Source: Octopus sinensis (lineage: Eukaryota). From it: 64,000 nucleotides of DNA. The notes beneath the pieces are model-generated. The model was not told the DNA's origin and made no database searches. It saw only the letters and a list, made by a program, of their open reading frames with translations. Location: the NCBI RefSeq assembly GCF_006345805.1, contig NC_043012.1, forward strand, positions 33,728,001-33,792,000, read 5' to 3'. Positions 24,600 to 37,162 of this stretch are shown in pieces. A program made the translations under genes and the position numbers. The number at the start of each line of letters is the position of its first letter. Positions within the stretch are counted from its first letter, which is position 1.

Positions 24600-24960
24600 G
24601 TATTTAAATAATTTTGTCAGCCTTTATAGTTGTTCCGCATAACGTTTTCGGGTGTGCATAGGTATCATCTTAAGCTATTGTGTATGATCTGCCTCACTCT
24701 TGTATCTGCTGCTTTATGAGAGAGCCTACGTTGTACTCTATCGGTTGCCAGGTGTAACTAAACAAGGATGCAACCTTCTGAGCAATATGCCCAGAAGAAA
24801 GCACTATGATTGGCGTATCGTTGCTTGAATGTTCTCTCTCCCATTCCTATGTTATTGTTTAATATCGCCTGATGCGTGTGAGTTACTAGAACTATGTTTG
24901 GTTGCGCACATTTGTTTTCACGATGCAAGACTAATTGACTGGGCATGCTTCAGTGCCTTT
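24600..24960 (-). pseudogene. PLE GIY-YIG endonuclease remnant
   Basis: KCAQPNIVL...NIGMGERTFKQRYANH resembles C...NIVY...YIG.TE..FK.RY.NH. Confidence 0.6.
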
Positions 24961-25854
24961 ACATGTACATTTTGTTTCTGTTGATCTCGGTGTTATGTAT
25001 ATTGCAATTGCAATAAGTTATAATGAGTTTCTGTTTAAAATTTCCTCATTTCAGTGATGTGTAGGAAAGTGTTTGTCTACGTGTGCCAAGAAACTTTTAG
25101 CAATGGAAGTATTAGAGTGTGAACCAGTTAATAATGTCGACGCTGTTATTAGATGGGTGGGTGGAGGTCGTAAATCTATTTGATTTCCTCTAAGCGGCCG
25201 CTGTTTGTGAAAGTGCTACTGTCATGACTAAATACGAGTGTTTTTGATCGTCTGAATAACTTATAGCTACTAATTGATAACTCTAACAGAGATATTATTC
25301 AGCCATTTGGTTAAACTCCAAGAAGTGAGACGCGCGCGCGTACAGGCGTGTGTGCGTGTGTGTGTACTTTGGTTAACTACAATTCTGTTAATAGGGAACG
25401 CCTGGAATGAGCCATGGCATGTATGTGTGTGCATGTGCATGTGTGTGTGTGTGTGTGTGTGTGTGCGTGCGTGCCCGCGCGTGTGCATGCGTGTGTGTGC
25501 GTATACATCTTTATATGTATTTCTACAAATTCTTTTTACGTTCTCACAGTCTCTAATTTTCTTTCTTTTTCTTTCTTTCTCTCACTCATTCTTTTCTCTT
25601 GCTCTTTCTCTGTCTCTCCTTCCAGTCTTTTCTCCCACCATTTGCTTCTCTCTCTCTCTCTCTCTCTATCTATCTCTCTATTTGTTTCATCCCTTCCTCT
25701 CTCTTTCTCCTTCTCCTCCTGTCGACATGTATTGCACCCCTGCTCGCTCTGCCTTATGAAATCAACACACGATGATTTCAAATTCAACCCTGTTAAACAT
25801 ACCCTGTACCAAATTCTCTGTACAGTCTATAGGGGGTCAGAAACTCAGTGCAAT

Positions 25855-25893
<39 letters not shown>

Positions 25894-26022
25894 CAGACAG
25901 ACAGACAGACAAACAGACAATGTGTGAATGAGAGTGTGTGTGTTTTGTGTGTGCGTGTGTTGTGTGTATATAGATATACACAGATATACACACAATATAT
26001 ACATACATAAACTTAGATATAC

Positions 26023-26055
<33 letters not shown>

Positions 26056-26070
26056 CGTGTGTGTGTGTGT

Positions 26071-26220
26071 GTGTGGTAAGTAGCTTGTTTACCAACCACA
26101 TGGTTCCGGGTTCAGTCCTACTGCATAGAACCTTGGGCAAGTGTCTTCTACTATAGCCTCGGGCCGACCAATGCCTTCTGAGTGGATTTGGTAAACGGAA
26201 ACTAAAAGAAGCCCGTCGTA

Positions 26221-26278
<58 letters not shown>

Positions 26279-26485
26279 TGTGTATGTTTGTGTGTCTGTG
26301 TTTGTCCCCCTAGCATTGCTTGACAACCGATGCTGGTGTGTTTATGTCTCCGTTACTTAGCGGTTCGGCAAAAGAGACCGATAGAATAAGTACTGGGCTT
26401 ACAAAAGAATAAGTCCCGTGGTCGAGTTGCTCGATTAAAGGCGGTGCTCCAGCATGGCCGCAGTCAAATGACTGAAACAAGTAAA
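26071..26485 (+). mobile_element. SINE family A
   Basis: Near full length. Confidence 0.92.
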
Positions 26486-26552
<67 letters not shown>

Positions 26553-26569
26553 CATGCATATATATATGG

Positions 26570-26725
26570 GGAATTCACAAAGAAACAAAAGACGAAGACA
26601 GGTGGTGCAGGCAACAAACATGTGTATTAGTTTAACGCTCTTCAACTTGAAGGAACACAGAAAGAAACAAGGAGAGAAAATAAAGAACGTGTAGTGGCTA
26701 GCGATCTGTCATGGCGAATGCCAGA
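26570..26725 (-). mobile_element. PLE-type terminal fragment with the HHR half deleted
   Basis: Aligns with 7955-8115 and 24140-24320 but lacks 39 nt between two ACGCTC. Confidence 0.6.
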
Positions 26726-27215
26726 CATAAGGGTCACATAGGAGAGCTAGGAAGAAGGGGAGATAATAAGGTAGTGGTGATCCCAAAACGAAGGTGCGCG
26801 TGCGTTGATATAAGAAAGCAGGCATGTGCGTGTGGAACAGGTCTGATGACCTTGACGTGTGTGTGTGTGTATATGTGTAGCTGTTTGGATGATGGTGTGG
26901 GGCTGAGAAGTAGTCAGTGCTAGTGTGTGCGTGCTGGTGTGATGTGAAGTGGTGTTGCGTGGTATGGTGGTGAATGGTGTGTGGTGTGGGTGGTGGTGTG
27001 TGTGGTAGTGTGGGTGGTGGTGGTATGTGGTGTGGGTGGTGGTGTGTGGTGTGGGTGATGGTGTGTGGTGTGTGGTGTGTGGTGTGGTAGTGGTGTGGGT
27101 GGTGTTGTGTGGTGTGGGTGGTGGTGTGTGGTGTGTGTGGTGGTGTGTGGTGTGGGTGGTAGTGTTATACATACATATATATATGTTTGTATATGTATAT
27201 ATATGTATATGTATG

Positions 27216-27254
<39 letters not shown>

Positions 27255-27256
<2 letters not shown>

Positions 27257-27360
27257 ATTAGTTTGACGCGTGGGAAAATGAAAAAGTCTTTTACGTTTCG
27301 AGCCTACGCTCTTCAACAGAAAGAAATAAGAGAAAATAAACAGGGAGAGACTGAAAAATA
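27255..27360 (-). mobile_element. PLE-type terminal fragment with minimal HHR variant (27288-27323)
   Basis: CTTT-CTGTTGA-A-GAGC-gtag-GCTC-GAAA-CG-TA-AAAG. Confidence 0.6.
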
Positions 27361-28325
27361 TGCAGTTTGAGCTACATTGCCATTGTGTCTTTGTGTTTGT
27401 AAAGGAGGGAGGTGTATGACAGCCCAATCGCCACATTAAACACTTCGTCTAAACCAGAAATCGACCCAAACACGTTTCAAATTGAATAGACGAACACCAC
27501 CCACACCGCCAATATCAATCATCTTCCTCATCAGTGTCAGCAATCGAGCAAGGTTAACGGGGGGAGAACCATCAAAGCATGGTAGCAGTTCTCCCTATAA
27601 GTATATCTCACACTTCACAGTTTTCAAAAACGGACACATTGACTCATGTAGTCCAGGGTACACAATGCCTGCAAAAAAGAGATAGTCATTAAACATAGGC
27701 TTGCTTGATAAAGACTGGTCTAGGGCTAAACAACCCTTTGATCATAGGCTTGCTTGATCATGACTAACCTGCGGATAAGCAATCCTTCGAACGAACTTTT
27801 GCTTGATCAGGAGTGACCTGGGGCTAAGCAACATCTTGATCATATGTTTACTTGATTAGAACTGCCGAGGGTTAAACAAAATTTCCATACATTGCACCGG
27901 TTCTGTTTCCTTCCTAAACATGATTTGTGCCCAATGGAAACAAATCCATACCATATATGGAATCAAAAGTGTTTTTACAAATCAAATCTAATTTATGACT
28001 GTAGTTCCAAAATGGAGAATTGTATATTTCTGGTTTATCAACAAGAAAAGTGGATTTTTCTTTGATTCTCTTTCTTAAAGTACATTCAATAATCTTATTA
28101 AAACTTTTATAAAATCTGGTGCAACAAACAATCAATGCTATTGTTCTGCAGAACAACAACTGAGGAAACTTAACTTACAGCATTCAAGCACTACCTACAA
28201 AATATTTTACTATTCATTTGATCTTCAGGCAAATTTGTAGAAAAATAATATTATTATGGTTGTTGTTGTTGTTGTTGCTTTGTCGATATTAATTTGGGTA
28301 TCATCATCATCATCATCACCACCAC

Positions 28326-28371
<46 letters not shown>

Positions 28372-28382
28372 GGTAGGCCGTT

Positions 28383-29683
28383 AATTTTTTTTTTTTTTTT
28401 AAAGTTAAATTAAAATACATGAGCAGCAACAGTTCTCACATCGACAATGCTCTTCTCAATACGTGTGATGTACCAGTTAAGACAATCTTTTGCACTTCTT
28501 GCAGGGATGGTAAGCCAGGGATCATTCTCATATAATTTTCGGTTCCTTCTTGATCATCCTAGTGCTCCGACGATCACTGGTATTGTAACCGCCTTGAGAT
28601 GCCACATTTTCTCAATTTCAATGAGTAGGTCTTTATATTTTCTGAGCTTGTCAAACTCTTTCGCTGAGATATTATGATCACAGGGGATGCTCATGTCGAT
28701 CAATAAGCAAACTTTATTGTTTTGGTCTTTCACAACAATATCTGGTTTATTGGCCTTGATGGTTCGGTCTGTATGTACTGGAAAGTCCCACAGAATGGTT
28801 ACATTTTCTCCTTCAGTTACAGCCTCAGGGTGGTGATTATACCACTTGTCGGCAGTCTTGATATTGTAATGCCGACTTATTAGCCAGTGGAGATATTGGC
28901 CAACTCTGTCATGTCTTAATTTATACTCCACTGGTGCTAAGACTTTACATCCAGAGATTAGGTGGTCCACTGTTTCAATCATGTCGTTGCAGAATCGGCA
29001 TTTTGGGTCTGCTCCATTTTTCATCACATTGGCCTGGTAGTTCCGGGTTGATAGGCTTTGGTCTTGAGCAGCCAGGATGAAACCTTCGCTCTCTGCTTTT
29101 AGCCCTGAGCTCCGCAGCCACTGATGGGTTTGCTTCTGGTCAACATCAGCTTGTTTGCTGCGGGTCACATATTTGCCGTGCAGAGGTTTCTCCTCCCACC
29201 TATCAGCCAATTGCTCGTGCGCTTTTTTCATTGCCATCATTTTCACCTTCTTTGCAACAATAGTTGCCGTACTTCCCTCGGGTTGTTCAGTTTGGGTATC
29301 CTGCACGAGATCAATAGCAAATTTTTTGCTTTCCTTGGTGATAGAATGAAGCTTCTTTCGTCTCTCGTGATTTTCCACGAGCTTTAGCATCCAGTCATTC
29401 GATATTTCGAGATATTTGGCCAGTCCAATTGTGGTTGTTTTGTAAGCTAGTTCAAATTGGATCAGGCCTCGACCTCCTTGGGCTCTGGGAAGGTAAAGGC
29501 GATCTACGTCTGCCTTTGGGTGGTGCATCCTATTACAACTCAGCAGCTTGCGTATTTTTCTATCTATATTCTTTACTTCACTCATATTCCAGTTCAACAC
29601 ATTGTAGCTATAAGTAACAACTGGAACTGCTAGGGAATTTATAGCTAACACCTTGTTACGTGCATTTAGTTCGTGAGTGGATT
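28383..29683 (-). mobile_element. R4/Dong-clade RLE non-LTR retrotransposon, 5'-truncated, in (TAA)n
   Basis: RT thumb LYLPRAQGGRGL, CCHC knuckle CRFC...ETVDHLISGC, RHD, RLE KPDIVV...LID...K...Y; poly(A); TAA runs both sides. Confidence 0.92.
28554..29651 (-). CDS. C-terminal 365 aa of R4/Dong-type polyprotein (RT end, Zn knuckle, RLE); no true start; frameshifted at GALG
   Basis: Uninterrupted ORF with the motifs above. Confidence 0.88.
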   Translation of the reverse strand: MLAINSLAVPVVTYSYNVLNWNMSEVKNIDRKIRKLLSCNRMHHPKADVDRLYLPRAQGGRGLIQFELAYKTTTIGLAKYLEISNDWMLKLVENHERRKKLHSITKESKKFAIDLVQDTQTEQPEGSTATIVAKKVKMMAMKKAHEQLADRWEEKPLHGKYVTRSKQADVDQKQTHQWLRSSGLKAESEGFILAAQDQSLSTRNYQANVMKNGADPKCRFCNDMIETVDHLISGCKVLAPVEYKLRHDRVGQYLHWLISRHYNIKTADKWYNHHPEAVTEGENVTILWDFPVHTDRTIKANKPDIVVKDQNNKVCLLIDMSIPCDHNISAKEFDKLRKYKDLLIEIEKMWHLKAVTIPVIVGALG

Positions 29684-29709
29684 TATTATTATTATTATTA
29701 TTATTATTA

Positions 29710-29747
<38 letters not shown>

Positions 29748-29756
29748 TATTATTCA

Positions 29757-30219
29757 GTAGTTTTATTTTTATAGCGAGCACTCACTTCACTACTGAGCGC
29801 AGCACTTGAGTATGTGCTGTGGTTTGTTGTGATGCTCTTATGGTTACTGTATTGAAAGTGTTTTACGTAGGATATGTGCAGTGCCTAGTAGTGCAATTTT
29901 CTGTATGTTATATATATTTGTAAGTCCTGGTGTTTTTGTTATGTATTTCTCTGAATATTTTTTTATCATACCTAATGCGCCTACTATGATAGGAATTGTT
30001 TCTGTTTTTAGATTCCACACTCGCGTTACCTCTATTTTCAGGTCCTTGTATTTTGAAAGTTTCTCCATTTCTTTTAGACACACGTTGTCATCTGCTGGTA
30101 TTGATACATCAATTAGAAAGCTTTTGTCTTCATTATCTCTGACAACTAATTTCTCTATCTGTGTGTATCAAATGAATAGTAAAGTATTTGGGTATCATCA
30201 TCATCATCATCACCACCAC

Positions 30220-30289
<70 letters not shown>

Positions 30290-30870
30290 GTTTGACTTTT
30301 GCTTTACATTTGCACAAGCTGGCTCCAAGTCTCACCCAGAGACCTCAAGAGACAACAAGTTGGAAGTTCATGTTGATGTTATGCCTAGGGTGCCATATAT
30401 ACATATCCCAGAGTATGGTTGCTTTCTCGTTTTCTGTGACCTTTTCTGGCGTGTGCCTATACCATCTTTTTTCTGTTGTTATTCCATAGTGTTGGCATAG
30501 CTTCCAATGTATGTAGGTTCCAACTCTGTCATGTTTGTGAATATATTCCTTCTTAGCCAGGACTGGGCAGCCAGAGATAATATGATTTATTGTTTCTTGT
30601 CCATCTCCACATATACTGCAGTTACTTGTTATGTTTCTTTCATTATATGTTTTTGCTAATTTCTGGTGAGGAGGCTTTGGTCTTGTGCTGCAATTAAAAA
30701 TTCTTCAGTCTCTGCTTTGAGTCCTGAGCTTCTCAACCATTGCTGGGGGTTTTCTCTGTCTATTTCTTTTGCATTTAGTTTAGCCCAGTATTTGCCATGA
30801 AGGGGCTTTTCTTGCCATCGTTTTATCATGGTCTGTTGGTGTTCTAGTTTCAGTTTGGATTTCACTTGTT
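29757..30870 (-). mobile_element. Second, decayed R4/Dong-type copy split by a 232-bp insert (30170-30401)
   Basis: LHGKY...WLRSSGLKAETE...AAQDQ; TILWDM ends at 30402 and IHTDREI resumes at 30168; ends GALGMIKK...LRKTLSIQ*. Confidence 0.85.
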
Positions 30871-30994
30871 ATATAGCTTTTGTTGATTCTTCTTCTTCAT
30901 TTTCTTCAAAGAAAACTCCGAATGACCCGTCCTTGTTTTCTTTGTATCGTCTATGTGGATATTTTGCGTTCTTGTCCCATTTTGTGTGTGTGTA

Positions 30995-31049
<55 letters not shown>

Positions 31050-31065
31050 TATATATATCATAGGT

Positions 31066-31238
31066 GTTTGAGTGGCTGTGTGGTAAGTAGCTTGCATACC
31101 AGCCACATGCTTCTGAGTTCAGACCCAGTGCGTGGCACCTTGGGCAAGTGTCTTCTACTATAACTTCGGGCCGACCAAAGCCTTGTGAGTGGATTTTGTA
31201 GACGGAAACTGAAAGAAGACCGTCGTATAAGTGCGTGT

Positions 31239-31293
<55 letters not shown>

Positions 31294-31515
31294 GTATGTG
31301 TGTATGTGTTTGTGTGTCTGTGTTTGTCCCCCCAACATCGCTTGACAACCGAGGCCCGTGTTTACGTCCCCGTAACTTAGCGGTTCGGCAAAAGAGACCG
31401 ATAGAATAAGTACTCGGCTTACAAAGAATAAGTCCTGGGATCGATTTGCTCGACTAAAGGCGGTGTTCCAGCATGGCCACAGTAAAATTACTAAAACAAG
31501 TAAAAGAGTAAAAGA
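31066..31515 (+). mobile_element. SINE family A
   Basis: Full head to tail. Confidence 0.92.
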
Positions 31516-31516
31516 G

Positions 31517-31549
<33 letters not shown>

Positions 31550-32019
31550 GTACGTGTGTGTATGTGTGCCTGCTTGTATGTATGTATGTATGTATGTATG
31601 TATGTATGTATGTACGTATAGGCAACACACACACTCGCACATGCAGACACGGAATAAATTCAAAGAAAATATAAAGTGCATTCATAACACGCACACACGC
31701 ACACATTATGCCATTCCATACCACCATATTCCACATGTGTACACTGAAGTACCCAATTCCTTTATATGTCTTAATGTTCTATATTGATAAACTGACGGCT
31801 TATCGGGGTGGCTGAGTGTAGCAGTAATCGGGTGGGAGTTGGGTTGGTCGTGTCAACCGTATATTTTATCAAATTGTTGTTGTTATCGTAAATTGCGAGT
31901 GTTATCACCATCAAACTAAGAGCACTTGTTTTACATGTAATGTAGTTTCAAGAAGCTGTACTTTTCGACTTTTCCATGTTTTCCTTGAAAAGGAAGTTGA
32001 GCGTCGCTAGTGGGAAGGG

Positions 32020-32215
32020 CTGTGCCGACCTTGTGCCAAAATTTGAAATCAATATTGGCAGAATCACTACCGTGCCGGATCAAATAGGTTGCGGCATTTC
32101 TTCCGGCTTTACATTCTGAATTCAAATGCCACCGATGTCGATTTTATCTTTCATCTTTTCGGAATTGATAAAAATAAATACCAGTTGCGCACTGGGGTGG
32201 ATGTCACTGACTATC
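32020..32215 (+). mobile_element. SINE family B, degenerate
   Basis: tggcagaatc...ctgaattcaaatgcc...ccagttgcgcactgggg. Confidence 0.7.
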
Positions 32216-32720
32216 CTCCTACCCACCTATGGTAGACAGAATATTTGTTAGTCTCAAGTGTGATTTTTACGAAAGGCGGATGAGAGTGGACGGAGCTGCT
32301 CTAAGCTTACGCCTGTATGTCGGGGAATCACTGTTGGATGAGAACACATGCCCTTTGTGTTGGATATGTGTGGGTCTCAGAGTGGCCATAGATGGAGGAC
32401 CTGTTGTATCACGGGAGCCGCTTTGTCCTCATCATTTTTGAATACTATATATGCTTGTCTTTCATTTTTCGATGATAAATGTAAATCCCCCAAATATTTG
32501 TCATAACATTATGGTTGTCTCTCATCCATCGCTCAGGAGACAAATAAAAGAAGTCACATCACCATCATCATCATCATTAAATTTCCTGTTCATCATCATC
32601 ATCATCATTAAATTTCCTGTTCAACAAACACTCGATGTAAGAGAATGTATTTATATTCGTTCCACATGGAGATTAATTACGTCGTTACTTAGAATTTCCC
32701 TCCCCACACTCTCTGTGTAA

Positions 32721-32771
<51 letters not shown>

Positions 32772-34218
32772 CACACACGCATGTACTGAGATTTGAACAG
32801 GCAAGACGAACTATAGTATATTAAATGCCATACAAAATATATTTTTTTCTTATCGAAACTATCTTCTCGAAGCGAAAATGTTTTATCTGAGATCGATCCC
32901 AACTGGGTTGTCACCCATGCCATTTTTCCAGAATCATTTATTTAGGAATTAATTTTCATCATTAATGATAGAAAAATTAATTAAAATATCTTGCCTTAAC
33001 TACATCAAATATGTCAACGTCCACTTTACTATTCAAAGTTAAAATCTTTTGTTATATGTTGCCTGTCTTACATTGGATTCGGGTTTCGTATTTGTACAAA
33101 GATATATTCTAACGGATCTCTACATGTTGATTTCCCACATGTAAACTTTCAAGATTTCTTATATAGTTTTCCTACATGATGATTTCCTGGATTTCCTACG
33201 TGTTGATATCCTAATTGTAGACTTCTTACAGTTGGACTTCCTAGATGTTAATTGCTTTTTTTAATAGTGAGGGACAACTTTTCAGTTGTTACCTGTTATT
33301 TCCTTCGAGTGTTCTCATCTGAAAAATATTTCTATCAGTGTGTATGGATGGATGGCCTCTTTGGCAGTCGCATATAAAAACTCGTACATGTTTTGCCATT
33401 TTAAGATGTTATAATGTTGGCAGCTTTTACGTTAACAAGTTGTTGTTGTTGCTGTTGTTGTTGTCGTTGTTGTTGTTGCTGTTTTTTTTTTGTTGTTGTT
33501 TATCTCAGACCATCTCTGAAAAACCAGGCTATTGACCTAAGTCATGCTACAAGCTGTGACCAGCATGTCCATCTTGGAGCCCCTGCGTGCAATTACACCA
33601 CCTAACGTAACCCTTCCTCTATGGTTGTAGTTTCAAGGAGATTTGACTGTTATCTCCAGCAAGCTGAAATATCGCGTAGAATCTTCCATATCAGTATGTA
33701 TAAATACATTACTAACGTTTCATTGGTTAATGATGGCTACGAGATTTCTGCTCAGAGTGTCTGCTTATTGAGTGTCTTTTTGTAGTGTTTCTTCACAGCA
33801 TTTCTTTATAGAGTCTTTGTCCTCGGTTATTACAAGCGTTGATTACACTTTATCATCATAAAACATATTTAGGAGAAGTTGACCTTGGAGTCCAATAAAA
33901 TATGTGGGTGGTGTTTCTGCGACTAATATATTAACTCTTGACTTTTAATAGTCTGAAGTCTTTAATATTTATTATACCTAACAAAACAACTACTTCATCC
34001 CAAGATCTAATACAAAGTACGTTTTGTTTAATTACTCTCCTTAAATTTTTTTCATTAGTTTTATAATGAGTAGCCATTTTATTTTTATAATTAGACTGTG
34101 TCTCTCCTTGTTGCTTTGTGTGGGTGGGTGAAGGTAGGCATTGAATTACTAGCGCCTACTTGTTAGATCGTGAATCTATTATCGACTGCGCGTAAGCAGT
34201 TTCTGGTATAAAGTAGTG

Positions 34219-34250
<32 letters not shown>

Positions 34251-34289
34251 TGTTGTTGTTGTTGTTGTTGTTGTTGTGGATTCAATCAT

Positions 34290-34584
34290 CAGGTTAGCGA
34301 TTTATTGACAGTTGTTTGCAAGATTCTTTATATGAGTTCGTGTGTTGAAGCATATTCTGTTGTATCTGGGGAGAGTCATTTTCTTTTTGTGCCTTATAAT
34401 TTAACACACCCACCGGTAAGATTTCCACTTATAACCTTTTCAATAGTCTAATAGACTATTGAAAAGGTTGCAAGACGCAACGAATATTTTAGGAAAATAA
34501 AAATAAGTGGAAATTTTACCGGTGAGTTGTGTTAAATTATAAGGCACAAAAAGAAAATGACTCTCTCCAGACACAACAGAATAT
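34290..34584. mobile_element. Fold-back pair of PLE-like terminal fragments centred at 34451
   Basis: Arms 34352-34450 and 34452-34584; perfect 18-bp centre; same family at 45805-45939. Confidence 0.7.
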
Positions 34585-34724
34585 AGATATTCTTTTTTCT
34601 CTATTCTACTTTCATCTTTCCATCTTTTCCTCGCTACCTCACATACTCAGTGTTCTGCATTGTTATAATCAGAAATGGCTCCGATGAAAGTAGCACTCTT
34701 TGAGGTCGTTCAATTTTTCAATAG

Positions 34725-35168
34725 ACCAACTGAGTAAACCTATCGGTAATGTACCTGTAATGATTACTGAAACAGCTGTAAGCCAAATTTGCTCAATTAA
34801 AGGAAAAATATGTAATAACCATTATTTTTAACTTGTTTAATAGAAATATAGATAGATATGTTTCTTTATTAGCCACACAGGGCTGCACATAGACGGGACA
34901 TATTACAAAGTAGAGCTTTTCTTTTTGGGGAGAGAAAAAAAAGTGAGGTAGGTTTTCGATCAAAAGGGATCGTAAAAGGGAAAGAAGAAAAAAAAGGAAA
35001 GAAAAAAAGAAAAAAAGGGAGAAAAAACGACCAATATGGATCGTGTATCACAGAAATGTCATGATGTAAAGTGTAAAGGGGGGAGCAGATAAGGTTTATC
35101 CTTGGAAAGAAAAGCCTACGGAAAAGACAACGGTTACCACATTTGTTTGCAAGTAGGTAACCCTCTGT

Positions 35169-35250
<82 letters not shown>

Positions 35251-36652
35251 TGTTAGGACTGTCGTATCAGTTTGTTCTGTATTGATCTGGTGTATTTGTT
35301 AACGTAAACTGAAACATTTGATATCTGAAGCTACTTTATTGCAGCTAGTTATGTCATTCGACAATGTTAACAGTCCGACGTATTGAAACACTTAATTTAT
35401 ATAAATAGATTTTGAGTCACACAACTGGATCAACTGACTGTCACGAAATCTGCGTTCTGTGGTTTATGTCTAGTGCTTTTTTTTTCTTCTTTTTTCTCTC
35501 CATTAACAATTAGTCTCCAAGTGCAGGATTCAAATGTCTTATTGTACGCATGATTCGCTGACAAAACATCAAAATGGGTTTCATATAACTCATACAAACT
35601 GTTGTTGGTGTGGTTGTGGTTTAACCCTGGGTCAATACTGATTCAACAGCTCTCTGATCAGAGGCAATCACGCCTTGAATATTCTGTTTAATTAATTCTC
35701 TGTATATGTGTACCCGGATATACTAAAAATATGCATTTTTAAAACTGTAAGGTGGGACTTGGCCACTATTTCTTGGACATCGAATGGGACTATATATATA
35801 TATAAATGGGACTATATATATATATAAAAACTAGCACTATGACCCGGCAACGCCGGGTCATAGTGCTAGTGCATGCATATATAGCTGCGTGCGTGCGCAC
35901 ATACATGTGAGTACTGTCCAAATCTCCGACCAATCACATACAGTTAGCTGGCATTCAATTGGCGTATCAAGTTTCGGCATTTTGATTGGGTTTTGGATAG
36001 AAAATTCACAAAAAAGTCACTTCTATTGATATTTTAATGGCTTTGCGAGGTGACTGGGGAAATGTAAAGATGTGCACGACCACCCTTGGACAGTTTTGAA
36101 TGATCATAGAAAGTACGAGCCCTCTAACTGAAAAATTGTGGATTTGTATAAAGGACACACACACGGACAGACATTTTGCCGTTTATATATAGAGATAACG
36201 CCAGGCAGGAATAATGCAAACTATTTAAGTACACAAAATACTGTTACGGTTACAGTTCCTTTATTTCCTGATAGTATTGCTTACTCTGAGTGTTTGTTTG
36301 TTTGTGTGTAATCTGGATGAAGGCCACGAATGGCAATGCAGTGCTGATGATCCACATTGAGTTAGAAACGTGTAATTATCGCAGTCTTTTCCTTAAAAAA
36401 AAATAAACATCTTATCTCGTGCGAAATAAGAAATTCGTTGAGATTATCACCTCTTCTCATTCGGAGTCTGTAGCGATCGCCTCAGAAATGAATTAGGAAA
36501 TAATGCATCAAAGAATACCACCGTACGATGTAAATTCTTGATTTATTAAGGAAAACATCTTTGCTTTTGAGAAGACAGTTTCAATAAGAAAAAAAATTAA
36601 TTTTGTATGGTACTTCATATGCTATAGTTCGTCTTGCCTGTTCAAATCTCCG

Positions 36653-36694
<42 letters not shown>

Positions 36695-36909
36695 ATACAA
36701 AGAGTGTGGAGAGCGAAACTCTGAGTAACGACGTAATTAATTTCCATATGGAACGAATATAAATAAATTCTATTCAATAGACCAGCTGAGTAAACCTATC
36801 GGTAATGTACCTGTAATGATTACTGAAACAGCTGTAAGCCAAATTTGCTCCAATAAAGGAAAAATATGTAATAACCATTATTTTTTAACTTGTTTAATAG
36901 AAATATAGG

Positions 36910-36995
<86 letters not shown>

Positions 36996-37162
36996 TGTTA
37001 GTACTGTCGTTTCGGTTTATTCTGTATTGATGTGATGTATTTATTAACGTAAATGTGTGTGTGTGTGTGTGTGGTGTGTTTACACAAAGTGTGTGGGGAG
37101 CGAAACTCTGAGTAGCGACGTAATTAATCTCCATATAGAACGAATATAAATAAATTCTATTA
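34725..37162 (+). repeat. Locally dispersed roughly 390-bp repeat with internal (GATA)n and (TG)n
   Basis: 34725-34860 + 35170-35305 matches 36773-37050; 36660-36772 matches 37055-37162; inverted part-copy at 32641-32770. Confidence 0.8.
35826..36196 (+). mobile_element. Non-autonomous Helentron/DINE-1-like element
   Basis: 5' actag...19-bp perfect hairpin (35830-35870); 3' ggacagacattttgccgtttatatatagagat end. Confidence 0.55.

Noticed and set aside
27460-27540. HHR-like CTGATGA...GAAACGTG on minus strand
   Set aside because: Stems I and II poorly paired; at best a decayed copy
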